Shown here one piece after another: positions 50,959 to 63,563 of a stretch of 64,000 bases of DNA (within the stretch, counting starts at the first letter, position 1; every line of letters starts with the position of its first letter). Location of the stretch: contig JAUCBJ010007816.1 of the NCBI GenBank assembly GCA_032718475.1, forward strand, positions 1-64,000, read 5' to 3'. This stretch comes from Nemertoderma westbladi. Lineage: Eukaryota > Animalia > Xenacoelomorpha. A model generated the notes under the pieces. That model did not search any database, was not told the DNA's origin, and worked only from the letters and a program-made list of their open reading frames with translations. Both the position numbers and the translations under genes were made by a program.

Positions 50959-53900
50959 GTAATAAGACTCCAGCAGTTGCCCTAAAAACGATAGAAACTA
51001 ACTGACAGTCACTAGCCACTAAGTAAAGACAAAGATGAGTCGAGAAGGAGAGACGACACCGCCGCGTACCCCGGACGGCGTCCTAACGATCCGCGAGGCC
51101 GCGACGCGATGGTACCGACCCACGACACCGGATCCGTCGACCATAGGCGATCCGGCAATCCAAACGGAGGGGGGCCGTCTACAGCGAGAGGATGAGTCGA
51201 GAGAGGAGAGAGACGAGTCGACACACGACGGCGGTCGACGTGCCGATGTCGCCGGCCAGCCACAGGCCGAGGGCGATGGACGGCCCACCGGAACGGCGAC
51301 GGTGGGGCCGCCGGTACGACGCCGGACACGGAGGGATAGAGGAGACGTCGGCGACGAGGACGTCGGGGTCAGCGACTGGCTCCGACGAGCCTACAACACA
51401 TCCGGAAGCAACTAAGAGAAGCCAAAGGAGGGGCCAAGATAGACCAGGTGAAGCTAGAGAAGCGGCTAGGTGAGTCGAATAAACATTTTGATTACTTAGT
51501 GCGCTTTGGGCAGGAAGAACTAGCCAATGAGAGAGCGAGAGGGGTTGCCACCGAACTGTTTGAACTGTGGGAATGCAGGGGTATGGAGCCTGGTGTAGTG
51601 TAAATAGGGCCATACTTAGTCGATGCCCGGGGAATTAAATTGGTGGGTTGGAAGAGACCGCAGGAGGGCGAATCCGAGGTTAACCCCGAGGATTCAGTCT
51701 CGTCGGTCGGCGAAAATTCCGGAAGGCTGGGGAAAGTTAGTAGGACGGGAAGGTGGAGGGAGTCCGTCGCAACCGATAAGTCTGCTACATCCTCCGCAAA
51801 AGTAAGACGGGTGCTAGAAATAGATCTGGCGTGCCAACTCGATCTGGCGGCGCTAGACCAGAGAGAATTAGAGAGACAGTTGGAAGAAGGGAGTGCGTTA
51901 TTAGAGAAGGAGAAAGAACTGGCTAGAGAGAACAGAGAGAACGCCGAAAAGGTCACGAGAAGTTTTAAGGAGTGTGAGGAAATAGGGAGGATAGAAAGGA
52001 AGGAGCTTGAAGAGCGTGAGGCGAGAGAGCAGAATAGACGTGAAGAGCGTGAGGCGAGAGAGCAGAGTGAGCGAAAAGAGCGCTAGGCGAGACGACTGGA
52101 GAGAGTTGTGAGAGAGGCGGAGTTAGCGGATCAGAGTTCACGAGAAGATAGAGAGAGAGAAATAACGGGAAAGCATGTGCGGGATGATATGCACGCCCGG
52201 TTGAGGGGGCTTATGCTATATCAAGCCAAACAGAAGCGCCGCCTAGAACTGGCGCAGATGGGGCTGTCAGAGAGCGAGGCTGGCTCGAGTAGTATTTACG
52301 AGGAGCCAGGAGTTAGGGAAACATTTATTAATACCCCACTTACAGGGACCAGACGACAGACCCAAGACTGGTGTGACCGTACGGGCAGGGGGGAGTAATA
52401 ATGATAATAATACAGTAGAGGACGTTAATATTAATAGTACCATAGTGGATAACCCTAATCAAACTTTTGTTGCAGGAAATAACATTTTGTCCGATGGTAG
52501 TAATTTAAATCCGAGCCATTCTAATATAAACGTAGGAAATAATTCAAATAATCTAAATCTGAATTTACAAAATAATTCAAATAATCTTATTTCGAACGAA
52601 CAAAATAATCCCGTTTCTAATTTAGGCGTGCAAAATAATTTAATTGATTTGGAGGATTTAATTGATTTAACAGATAATACTGGTAATGGTCCTATTAATA
52701 TGAACGTGGCGGACGTGCATAGCCCGGGCAAATGAGGGCCTGGTAGGCCACGCAGTCAGTAGGCAGGAGGTGGCGGGGGTGAGAAACCCCAATGAGGGCC
52801 TGGTAGGCCACGTAGTCAGTAGGCAGGAAGTGGCGGGGTTGAGTCAACCCGAGGGGGGCCTGGTAGGCCACGTAGTTAGTAGGCAGGAAGTGGCGGGGTT
52901 GAGTCAACCCGAGGGTGGCCTGGTAGGCCACACAGTAGTAGAGAGAGAGGCGGGGGTGAACGGACCCAGCCGCAGTAGGGTTAGTGTGTCGACTAGAGAG
53001 GGGTGTAGAAGTGAAGTAAGAGGTAGTGGAGTGGTAGGCGGCGAGCGGGGGGGGGGGGGGGGGGGGGGGGGGCTACAGGAGCCCCACAACGAGAGATTAG
53101 CGGCGAGAGGAGGGGGGCAAAGAATGTCCCACAGGCGTCGGCAGATAATGCGCGGGGCGAATTAGGTGAACCGCAGCACCCGGCGATGGAGTATAGTAGG
53201 GGGGTTACGAGTATCCCCAGCGGCGTGCGATCGAGCAGAGAGAGACAGGTTGACGTCGCAAGAGGGCGGGCGACGAAACGTCGAGCCCGATCAGAAGAAG
53301 GAAGAAGAGCAGTGGAGTTTAACCGGGAGGTCGACGAGAGATCTCACGAACGGGGATACTGCACTACAGAGAGAAGAAGGGAAGAGAGTAGAAGAAGTGT
53401 CGTCACGAACGACAGGAGAGCGAGGACGGATAGCGAGCCGTCGGTAGTGGAGATGGAGACGGAGAGTCAGTGGGGTCGAACTCCGGGAGATTGCCGTCGT
53501 CCCGGGGATACGCGACCTGACGAGGCGTACTACGCACAGAGAGAGGGGTACAGGATGTACCGGCACGAGGACGAGAGCAGTAGATGGGATCGAAGAGAAA
53601 CTTCCCGACGGGATATACCTGCCGATCGAGAATACGGTAGCCGCGGGGAGGATTATTCGAGAAGGTTAAACTTTGATCCCGAGCGACACATACAGACTGC
53701 AGGACATACTGTAGGCCTTACTGCACATACCATAGGCCATGCTGGGAGAGACAACGTAGGCGATAGGATAGCGCGGACAACGGGATTAAACCCGGAAGTC
53801 GCGGAGTACATACCGGCAGGTAGGCCAGAAGTGGATAGGCCTATACCGGTACCAGCACAGCATTATGACTAAGACATGCAGGGACATAACATATACCCAG

Positions 53901-54146
53901 GGGAGGGGAGAGTTATTGCGGATAGGTGCATGGGCCCCAATATATTAACATCAACCCCAGTATCAAACCGTCACCTTCAAGGCAGAACCCCCTAAGTCGA
54001 TTTTTGTAGTTCTGAGATAATCGATAAAAACTGTTTATTTTTTAGAGAGATGCCTCAGTTTACTTGTTATTGTGTTTTTTGATAACTAAATATATATAGA
54101 ATTCATATAACTAAACTTTCAATTTGATTTAGAATTACCTTTGAAA

Positions 54147-54330
54147 TATATTGCGGTTTTTTTGTAAAAATTCTGACTTATGGTGTTTTGCCAAAACAAA
54201 GGGGAACACCATTTTCTGGTATTATCCCGTAACTATACGATAGTTGCGGGGTATTGCCTAGAAAACAAGGTATCCTCAATTTGGCAAAACACCATAAGTC
54301 CGAATTTTTACAAAAAACACGCAAAATATA
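54147..54330. repeat. ~185-bp imperfect palindrome
   Basis: TTTTTGTAAAAATTCTGACTTATGGTGTTTTGCCAAA pairs with TTTGGCAAAACACCATAAGTCCGAATTTTTACAAAAA; centre CCGTAACTAT-ACG-ATAGTTGCGG. Confidence 0.85.
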
Positions 54331-55055
54331 TCAAATAATAGCCAAGGCGTATCGTACGTCCTTAATAATTTAGTGCGTAGTGCGCACGTAATACATGTGC
54401 GCATTTGTTATTAGCTAATACGTGCTATCTAACATGTTAACTAGCACATGATCAGGTGTTAGTATTACCTGTAAACGCAATAATAACAAATAATCACATA
54501 CAATATAGCTAACACACTTGCGCACATGTTGGAAATTTTTGAATTCAAAATTCTAAAGGGCTCCATAAGTTTTTGATATTTTGGTATTAATTGCTTCTAA
54601 AATAAGTACGGGACTGTAGTTAGAATCATGTATCAATACAAATTGAACAAAATGTAGCCAAATGCAGAACTATAAGAACAAAATTTAGATTCAAGAAAGC
54701 GGAACTCTAAGTACAAAATATAGCCATGGGTGGTACTCTACAGTAAGAACAAAGTCTAGCTACAGGGTTACAGCTACGTTAAAGTTAAAGTAAAGTTCAC
54801 TTACAGTACGTCATGACGAATAATTAAAGACCTGTTTTTTCTACAGTACGTGGCAACATTTTGAGCAACTCTATCAGCAACTTAGTGAGCATGTCAGGTT
54901 GCCGATCAAGTTGCTCTATGTAAACGCGAAGTTTGTTGCTGTAAAAGATGCCTCATATAACGGAGACTAAAAGTTAATGTTACTCAAATTAAGTTGCTAG
55001 TTGCTGACCAAATTGTCCAAAACGTCCGGCAACCTAGAGTAACTTATAGCAACTT

Positions 55056-55947
55056 GGACACAAACATTAAATGAGGGACAGATATTTATCAGCGCCACAA
55101 ACATTAATGTGGGACAAACATTAATCAGGGGGACAAACATTAATGTGGGACATAAACATTGATGTAGGACACAAACATTAATGTGGGACATAAACATTGA
55201 TATAGGAAACAAACATTAATGAGGGACACAAACATTAATGAGTAAAGTAAAGTTAAACTTTAATGAGGGACACAAATATTAATGAGGGACACAGACATTA
55301 ATGAGGGACACAAACATTAATGAGGTATACAAACATTAATGAGGGACACAAACATTAATGAGGGACGCAAACATTAATGGGGTACACAAACATTAATGAG
55401 GGACACAAACATTAATGAGGTAAATAAACATTAATGAGGGACACAAACATTAATGAGGGACACAAACATTAATGAGGTATACAAACATTAATGAGGGACA
55501 CAAACATTAATGAGGGACACAAACATTAATGAGATACACAAACATTAATGAGGGACACAAACATTAATGAGGGACACAAACATTAATGAGATACACAAAC
55601 ATTAATGAGGGACACAAACATTAATGAGGGACGCAAAAATTAATGGATTACACAAACATTAATGAGGGACACAAACATTAATGATGTACACAAACAATAA
55701 TGAGGGACACAAACATTAATGAGGGACACAAACATTAATGAGGTACACAAACAATAATGAGGGACACAAACATTAATGAGGGACACAAACATTAATGAGG
55801 TATACAAACATTAATGAGGGACACAAACATTAATGAGGGACACAAACATTAATGAGATACACAAACATTAATGAGGGACACAAACATTAATGAGGGACAC
55901 AAACAATAAACGAGGGACAGATATCAATCAAGGGCACAAACATTAAT
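55056..55947 (+). repeat. 19-bp minisatellite (TAATGAGGGACACAAACAT)n
   Basis: Head-to-tail units with no spacers; inverted units at 56529-56571 and 59830-59844. Confidence 0.95.
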
Positions 55948-57116
55948 CATGGGCACTATTGCCCTTCGCACTTAGTAAGATTCATGTTACCACCTATACA
56001 CATACAATATATTACAGAATTACAATTCTCATTACTGTCAAGCAATAAAATAACAACAATAAATAATAACATATTAATCTGACCACACCAATAAACTATT
56101 TTATTGCCAATTGAAGGAAAGGATCAGGTTACAGAGATTTTTTTTCTAACCAAAACAATAAACGATGTTGTTTCTAAAAAGGGAAGGAGTAGGAGTAAAA
56201 AAATAATGAACATGAGGGGGAAACAGGAATGGGGGGGGGGTAACATGAATGGTGGTGGTAGGAGGTAAATTGAAAATATGGGGGTATAACAGCCGGGGGG
56301 GGGGGGGGGGTAGTAGCAAAACAGGCAGCTGAACAACGTAACCGAACGTCGCTTTCAATTAATTTCCATCTAATTAGGACGATGGAATGTATACAAAACG
56401 GCGGTACTTTGATTGAAGCTTACGTTCCCATGGTAGTATTTTTTCAAGTTAATCACTTAATATCTGATCGTCTGATGGCAAGCATCACCATCGCTCATAT
56501 TAATATCCATTGGCTACCATGGACCCCTATTAATGTTTGCGTCCCACAATAATGTTTGTGTCCCTCATTAAGGGGGGGGGGGGGGGGGGTATACCCCCCC
56601 TCAGGTAAAATTTTCAAATTGTTGTTTCTTTATTTCACCTAGAGCAGAATTTAATGAGGATTACAAATCTGAAAACCGCTTAGTGAGACCTCTTTCAGTT
56701 CTCGAGTTATCACTGTTTTTCCGTATGACGGTCTGTCCATCAAATTGTAAGAAAGACAGAAGACCGACAGTCAGACAGATAAACTAGATTCCACCAAAAA
56801 TTAAAACTGACATCGGAAATGAAATCAGCGACCCCGAAAACCCCCGTAATGAACATTTTAGCTCGTTGGTGTGCATCATTCGTGCCAGAAATAATTAACC
56901 AACCAGAACGCAGACAGCCAGTTTTGGCGGGACGGTTTAAACTTTGAAGGGCATTTTCTCGGAATGACATTTTTCATTTTCAAATTACTACTCCTCCGTT
57001 ATTTTTCAACCAATTTTCTTCATTTAAGGCTCATTCGAACGAGCTTTGGAAGTTCTTTAAAAGTTCTCTTATGGAATTTTGATAAATATTACCATTTTTT
57101 ATAATTAATGTTTATT

Positions 57117-59460
57117 CAGTCCACCCCCATGCTGTCCCAGGTTACTCCCACAGTGTCCAGTCCCTTCACCGCATTGTCCCAGTCCATCCCCATGCTGTCC
57201 CAGGTTACTCCCACAGTATCCAGTCCCTTCCCCGCATTGTCCCAGTCCACCCCCATGCTGTCCCAGGTTACTCCCATATTAGCCAGTCCCTTCCCGGCAT
57301 TGTCCCAGTCCATCTCCATGCTGACCAATGTTACTCCCACAGTATCCAGTCCCTTCCCCGCACTGTCCCAGTCCATCCCCATGCTGTCCCAGGTTACTCC
57401 CACATTGTCCAGTCCCTTCCCCGCACTGTCCCAGTCCATCCCCATGCTGTCCCAGGTTACTCCCACATGTCCAGTCCCTTCCCCGCACTGTCCCAGTCCA
57501 TCCCAATGCTGCCCCAGGTTACTCCCACAGAATCCAGTTCCTTCCCCGCATTGTCCCAATCCATCCAAATGGTGTCCCAGGTTACCACCACATTGTCCAG
57601 CCCCTTCCCCTCAATGTCCCAGTCCATCCCCATGCTGTCCCCGGGTACTCCAACGGCGCTCCCACCCACTCCCATGGTGTCCCTGTCCAATCCCTTCCCC
57701 GCATTGTCCCAGTCCAGTCCCCAGGGGTCGCGAGTTGGTTCCACAGTGCCCCACACCCAGGGATCTTCATCGACTCAGTGCTGGTACGCGGACGACGCCT
57801 CGGCGGCAGGGAGTCTGCGTGGAGTTGCACAGTGGTGGTCCGACCTGCAGCTAAAAGGTCCCAAAATCGGCTACTTCCCCGAACCGACCAAAACTTACCT
57901 GGTAATAAAGCCAGGGCTGGAGGCAGAAGCCCGGGAAAGGTTCGATGGGAGTGGCGTCCAGATAGTCTCCGGACACCGGTTCCTGGGGGGATATATCGGC
58001 GATGCCGAGGGACGGAAGCAGTTTGTGTCGGACAAGGTTGCGGGGTGGGTGGGACATATAGACAAACTCTCGGAGGTTGCCATGGAGTACCCCCAGACTG
58101 CTCACACAGGGATGTCCAAGTGTGTGCAGGCTGAATGGGACTTTCTAATGCGGGTAGTCCCAACGGATGTTGAGGATTTCGCTCCTATCCGGACCGCGCT
58201 GCTGCGTCAGTATATCCCCTCCCTGTTTGGTATGCCATTGGGCCCCTCGGACGAGGACTTGGTCCTCCTGCCTGTTCGCCATGGTGGGATCGGGTTGCAG
58301 GACCCCCTAATGCGGTTTGGCCATGCCCGTGCCGCGTCCACCGAGGGGACTTCTGTTGTGGTTGAAGCAATCCAGTCTGGTCTGCCGCTTCACGTGGCCG
58401 ACCACACTGTGCGGCTGCGTAAAGTCCTCACCGAGTCGCGGGCCGCCCAGGATACCGCGTATAAGGTGAAACTGGAGGCCGCACTAGGGGCGCTACCAGC
58501 CGAGCGTCGGCGAACCGCGGAGCGGACGACGCGGAACAAGACCGGGGGGTGGTTATCGGCCCAGCCGTCTGTGCTGGACAACACAGACTTGGGGCCTGAC
58601 GAGTTCCGGGACAACCTCGCCCTTCGTTATGGTCTCACCCCGCCGGGTCTACCAGTTAAGTGCGAGGGGTGCGGGGGCCCATTCAGCACCTCCCACGCAC
58701 TGAGCTGCAAATCCGGGGGTCTAATCATCAAACGTCATGACGAGGTTGGCCAGGTGTTTGGCGACCTCTTGGCCTCGGCTTTCGGCCAGTCAAGTGTCGA
58801 GCGTGAGGTGACCCTCTCCCAAGGACACATCGACAGACAGGGGCGGGAGATCGGGGGGGTAAGGGCAGACCTGGTTGCCCGGGGGGTCTGGACCAACCAA
58901 CGAGTGGCGTCGTTTGACATTGCGATAATCAACGCTGACGCCACCTCGTACGTCCAGGCCAACCGGTCGACCGAGTCCCTCTTGGAGCAGCGGGCCCGGC
59001 TGAAACACGCCCATTACCGGACCGTCTGTGAAGACCGGAGGATGTCCTTTACCCCACTGGTCGGTACAACCGACGGCGTATGGTGCAATGAGGCAGAGAT
59101 TCTCATTCGCCATCTGGCCGAGACCCTTGTCATGAGACAAGCTGGGATGGCCGAGAGGGGCCTTGCCTGTGTGCAGGGTGGAGTTCGCCGGAGGATTCAA
59201 TTCGCCCTCCTCCGATCGAATTCTCTCTGCCTCAGAGGTGGTCGACGGTCTTGGCGCGGGTCGGGCTTTGGGGATGGGGCAGGTCTGCGGGGGTTCGATC
59301 TGGCTACCCAATACTGATGAGTGGAATATGGGTGCAACATTATTGTTAAATTTTCTAAACTTTAATTAAATTTAACTCTTTATACAGTATGTATTTTCAT
59401 CATGTATAACCATTAATTATTGTATCCATATATTATATTATACCATTATATATATATTTA
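57117..59460 (+). mobile_element. 5'-truncated CRE-like non-LTR retrotransposon, copy 2 (divergent family)
   Basis: Protein clearly homologous to copy 1; 3' end approximate; no clear TSD. Confidence 0.8.
57467..59317 (+). CDS. 63-bp-repeat region + RT C-terminal half + RLE endonuclease
   Basis: QCWYADD, CEGC...HALSC, KRHDEV, RADL...FDIAI; repeat QSIPMLSQVTPTVSSPFPALS extends upstream to 57117 across a 1-bp frameshift. Confidence 0.8.
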   Translation: MSSPFPALSQSIPMLPQVTPTESSSFPALSQSIQMVSQVTTTLSSPFPSMSQSIPMLSPGTPTALPPTPMVSLSNPFPALSQSSPQGSRVGSTVPHTQGSSSTQCWYADDASAAGSLRGVAQWWSDLQLKGPKIGYFPEPTKTYLVIKPGLEAEARERFDGSGVQIVSGHRFLGGYIGDAEGRKQFVSDKVAGWVGHIDKLSEVAMEYPQTAHTGMSKCVQAEWDFLMRVVPTDVEDFAPIRTALLRQYIPSLFGMPLGPSDEDLVLLPVRHGGIGLQDPLMRFGHARAASTEGTSVVVEAIQSGLPLHVADHTVRLRKVLTESRAAQDTAYKVKLEAALGALPAERRRTAERTTRNKTGGWLSAQPSVLDNTDLGPDEFRDNLALRYGLTPPGLPVKCEGCGGPFSTSHALSCKSGGLIIKRHDEVGQVFGDLLASAFGQSSVEREVTLSQGHIDRQGREIGGVRADLVARGVWTNQRVASFDIAIINADATSYVQANRSTESLLEQRARLKHAHYRTVCEDRRMSFTPLVGTTDGVWCNEAEILIRHLAETLVMRQAGMAERGLACVQGGVRRRIQFALLRSNSLCLRGGRRSWRGSGFGDGAGLRGFDLATQY

Positions 59461-61568
59461 GGCTTTTTTATAATTAGCCAATTTTAATTAAAAATATGAT
59501 AATTAATTAATTAAATTAATTAATTAAAATAAAAATGGCTAATTAAAAATTCTATAAGATAACTTTTGTAGAGTTGATCACGCTGAGTCCAAAAAAGTTG
59601 GTTTCAAGAAATTTGGATCAAAATTGAGGGACTAGTAGCAATTTTAGTGAAATCTTTAATTCTGCCGCCAGCCGCTAGGGGGAGGCTACAAATTTTCAAA
59701 TTTTACTATAAAAGCTATTTGGCCTTCCATACAGTTGTTGACAATGACAAAATAGCAATATTATCATTTAACACTATTTGACAGCTATTTTAAAAAAAGG
59801 TTCATGGGGGGGTATACCCCCCCCCCCCCTTAATATTTGTGTCCTGGCCGCAATACAAACCAGTATATAAATGATAAATTACGGGGTTTTGCCAGGATAT
59901 TGTTTCTGATTTAAGGGGTTTTACAGGTTGTTATTTCTGATTTATGGGGTTTTGCCAGGTGGACTGAATTTCATATACTTGAATTTACGGTGTTTTGCAA
60001 GCCAATTATTGACTTGTGGGGTTCTGCCTCGAAGTGGGCATAAGTTACGGGGAACTGTCTTTGGCTTATAACTCAAAAATGGCTGGTAGAAAAGCTTCGT
60101 GGTTCTGCCAGACGAAAAAGCCGATATCGAATTACCCAAAAAGTCAAAAACATGAAAATAAAAAAAAATCGACTTAGGGGGTTCTGCCTTGAAGGTGACG
60201 AAACATACCGGTGGGGGGGGGGGGGGGGACAGGGTGACATTCCCCCATCACAATATCAACAATACACCCCAATAGGAATAAGAACATCGAACCCCTTGGA
60301 CGAGAATAGATCGTGCGACACCGAAATATAGAGGGAGCCGCTACCCCCTATGATATATCCAAGTCAAAGGAAAGCGGCATACAGCATCCATCGAACCCAT
60401 TGGAAGCACAAGCAATGGGAATGGCTACACTAATCGATGCATTAAAAACTAGGATCGAGTTACCACCCGTAGAACCATTTAAATTCGATGGAAGTAGACC
60501 GGAAGAATACCTGCAGTTTCGGCGCATGTATAGTAATGAAATATTGACAAAAAACCTGACACAGGCGGAGTGCCTAAAATATCTGCAAGTGTATACGGGA
60601 GGCCCAGCATACGACATCGTGAGGCAATACCAGGGCATCGAGGGCAGCTTCACGACGGCATGGCGGGCATTAGACAGGGAGTATGGGCACCCGGCCAAGA
60701 TCATCCGGCAGACCCTGAGGGGTATAACATCGGGTGGCCTACAGGATAACCCCGTTAGCAGCTAGCATAAAGACATTTGCAAACAAAGTTGAGAAGGAGC
60801 TAATCGTGCTAAAGACGCTGGACGCACCATACGAACTCAACGCGTCTAACAACATCACCACGATAGCGCAGGCACTGCCGATGTGGCTGCGCAACAAGTG
60901 GAGGAAGATTGCTTTCTCCACTCGAGACAGGAAGGGTGCGGAACCGGGTTTAGAAGAGATGTCGAGCTTCTTAAATTATGAAGCCGAACTAATAACGGAC
61001 CCAGTCTATAGCGAGGATAGCCTGGGAAAGGGACCAAAGACCGAATACCACAGGCCGAAACCCAGAACATAACGCGGCGAACGCATTGCCAAAGCTCAGA
61101 CAATCACTGCCGTATGCGGCGACGCAGGGGACTGCTAGTCCACAAGTAGCCGGGGGTAAGACCACATCATGGAGCGGACAGGGGAAAAATAACAACACAA
61201 ATAAACATAACCCCAGCACGCCCAGTAGGCCGAACCCAAGCAATAAGAACAGTAGGGACTTTGGTACAAACGCAAGTGCGATACGCAGCGCACTGTATAA
61301 GGACGGCTACAACCCAAAGAACAAATGCCAATTACATACAAATGCACTTCATCAGACCATGAACTGCAGGTATTGGCAAGCGCTACCCAGGGAAGATCAG
61401 GTAGAATACGCGAGGAGAAATGAAATTTGTTCAACCAATGCAAGGAAACGCCAATAGTAAAGGTCAGACGATGGCAATGAGCACCGTAGGGGCAAAGAAG
61501 AGAGGAATGGTACTACTTGGGGTAGTACCAGTGCGAGTGATTGGGGAAGGCCAAGTAGGCCAAGTAGA

Positions 61569-63563
61569 ATGGCGGTAACAACCATCTCCAGCAAAGATGA
61601 GGTCCTGGAGATGAGGACCGGACGGTGCGCGATAGCAGCGATAGCACCGGGATGCGACTATGGGGCAACCATCGACCCCATCCAGGTGATAGAGTCGATA
61701 AATATCAATGCCAGGTGGACAACCAACATCGAGGTCGAACAATACAAGTTCCTGGACAGTATCGACTTCTCAATCCCAGAGGTGGACGTTAGGAAGGTAT
61801 CCATTATAGTAGGAATGGACTGTCCGACGGCCCACGAGAGAATGCAAAAGGTCTTCGGCGAAGACAGGCAGTGTGTCCCGGTGGCGATTTTAACACCATT
61901 CGGGTGGACGCTGAGCGGCCCAATAAGGAGCAAAATACCGTTTAGGATGTCGGAGACATCAGGATGCATGTTCGCAGGAACTATGCGAGAAATGGGAGAT
62001 GAGGGAGCGGAGGAGCAGCTCAGGAGACTGCTCAGGCAGGATTTAGAGGGATTAAAAGAGACCGGGGTCGGAACCTCGGTAGAAGACAAGCAGGCTTTAC
62101 AAAGTGTAAAGGAATCGATGACATGCGACGAGGGGCGGTATACCATAGGGATGGTATGGAAGCTACCGAAGTTACCGCTACCCGACAATAAAGGAATGGT
62201 ACTCACAAGGCTTCGTAAGTTGAAGCAGACACTAAAACGGAGCCCTGAGAAGAATGAGTACATTCACAAGACGATTAAGAAGTATGTCGAGAAAGGATGG
62301 GCCGTGGAGTTACCGGTCGACGAACCAAACACGGACAGGACCTATTACCTGCCACTCCACGTTGCTCTAGACCCGAAGAAAGGTAAACTGCGGATGGTAG
62401 TTGACGCATCGGCTAAAACCAGCGGCAAATGCCTAAACGATTATCTGCTGGAGGGTCCCAACATCTACAACTCAGGGATCGAGGTCCTACTCAGATTCAG
62501 GAATGGGAAACACGCTTTCACCTGCGACATCGAAGGCATGTTCAACCAAGTCCGTGTAACGGAAGAGGATAGCGACAGTCAGCGCTTCCTATGGTACAAC
62601 GGCGACGAGGAACCGTCAACCATACCGATGTATAAGATGGTAGTACAGAATATGGGAGCCAAGTCGTCTTCATTTACGACGACTGTGGCCGTAAGAGACA
62701 CGGTAAAAGGGAAGGAAGATAAATATAGCGCCAAAGCCGTCGATATGATTCGACGCGGCTTCTATGTAGACGACGGGATGGAATCTGGAAATATGGTTAA
62801 GGAACTACTGGATACCGGGCGCGAGGTTCGCGACATCCTAAAAGGATCCGGGTTTAACCAAACCAAGTTCCAATCCAGCTCGCAAGAGTTCATGAAAGCC
62901 ATAGAGGACAGGAGGCCAGAGTCGACCATGGATAATCCCACGACAGCCAAGGGACAGGACATGGTGAACAAGAGAGTAGAGTCCCAACAGAAGGCACTAG
63001 GGATCGTGTGGAACCGAGAGACAGACGAGTTGAAATACAAGTTGAGTCAGGAGGGCGCAGACATCCACACAAAGAGGGGCTATGTTTCGTACATAGCAAG
63101 GATATACGATCCCCTAGGCCTAGCATTCCCATTACCAGTCACGGGGAAACAGATACTCAAGAAAGTATACAAACTGAAGGAGGGTTGGGACACAGAGGTC
63201 CCGGAAGAGATCAGCAAGCAATGGAGCAAGTGGACAGAGAGTTTAGAGCAGATGGGAACATACAGCATGCCACGCGTATATTTCCCGGTTGGGGACATGA
63301 CGAATCTGGATCTGCACATGTTCTCCGATGCGTCATTAGAGGCATACGGAGCGGCACTCTACTTAGTACAACGAGAGGGGGCTCACAAGCCCAGACTCGC
63401 ATTCAGCAAGGCGAAGTCGATGCCGGCAGATTCAGCATCAGTTCCAAAACTCGAGTTGACAGCTGCGAGGTTAGGAGTTAGGGCCACAGCCTACTTGATG
63501 GACGCAATTCCAAACATAGTGGAAACACACTACTGGACGGACTCCATGGTAGTGCTTGGTTGG
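61569..63563 (+). CDS. pol: C pol (partial protease, RT, RNase H)
   Basis: ATG 61569, TYYLPLHV (62340), FYVDD (62760) and YWTDS (63531) share one frame; protease active site appears deleted near the GGCCAAGTA duplication at 61549-61566. Confidence 0.8.

Larger units (their letters stand above)
56572..59829. mobile_element. Non-autonomous Kolobok-like DNA transposon
   Basis: TTAA at 56568-56571 and 59830-59833; termini G-run-TATA-C-run; purine start suits Kolobok rather than piggyBac. Confidence 0.7.
53969..60200. mobile_element. Non-autonomous TIR DNA transposon with 4-bp TSD (superfamily uncertain, Sola-like possible)
   Basis: ~37-bp TIR CGTCACCTTCAAGGCAGAACCCCCTAAGTCGATTTTT at both ends; TSD AAAC at 53965-53968 and 60201-60204. 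Confidence 0.88.
51035..61457 (+). pseudogene. gag: C gag fragments (51035-53968 and 60205-61457)
   Basis: E/R-rich and Asn-rich ORF pieces, 60-bp tandem units at 52735-52930, PPVEPFKFDG motif; many stops. Confidence 0.7.
50443..63563 (+). mobile_element. BEL/Pao family C, degenerate, interrupted by DNA transposons and cut by a LINE
   Basis: Probable LTR, gag fragments, DUF1759-like 60313-60765, pol motifs YYLPLH, FYVDD, HMFSDAS, YWTDS; left boundary uncertain. Confidence 0.85.

Noticed and set aside
55056-55947. CRISPR-like array
   Set aside because: Units are head-to-tail with no unique spacers, there are no cas genes, and the context is eukaryotic.
57108-58163. Mucin-like or Cys/Pro-rich host genes
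   Set aside because: Alternative-frame translations of the 63-bp repeat within the CRE-like element.
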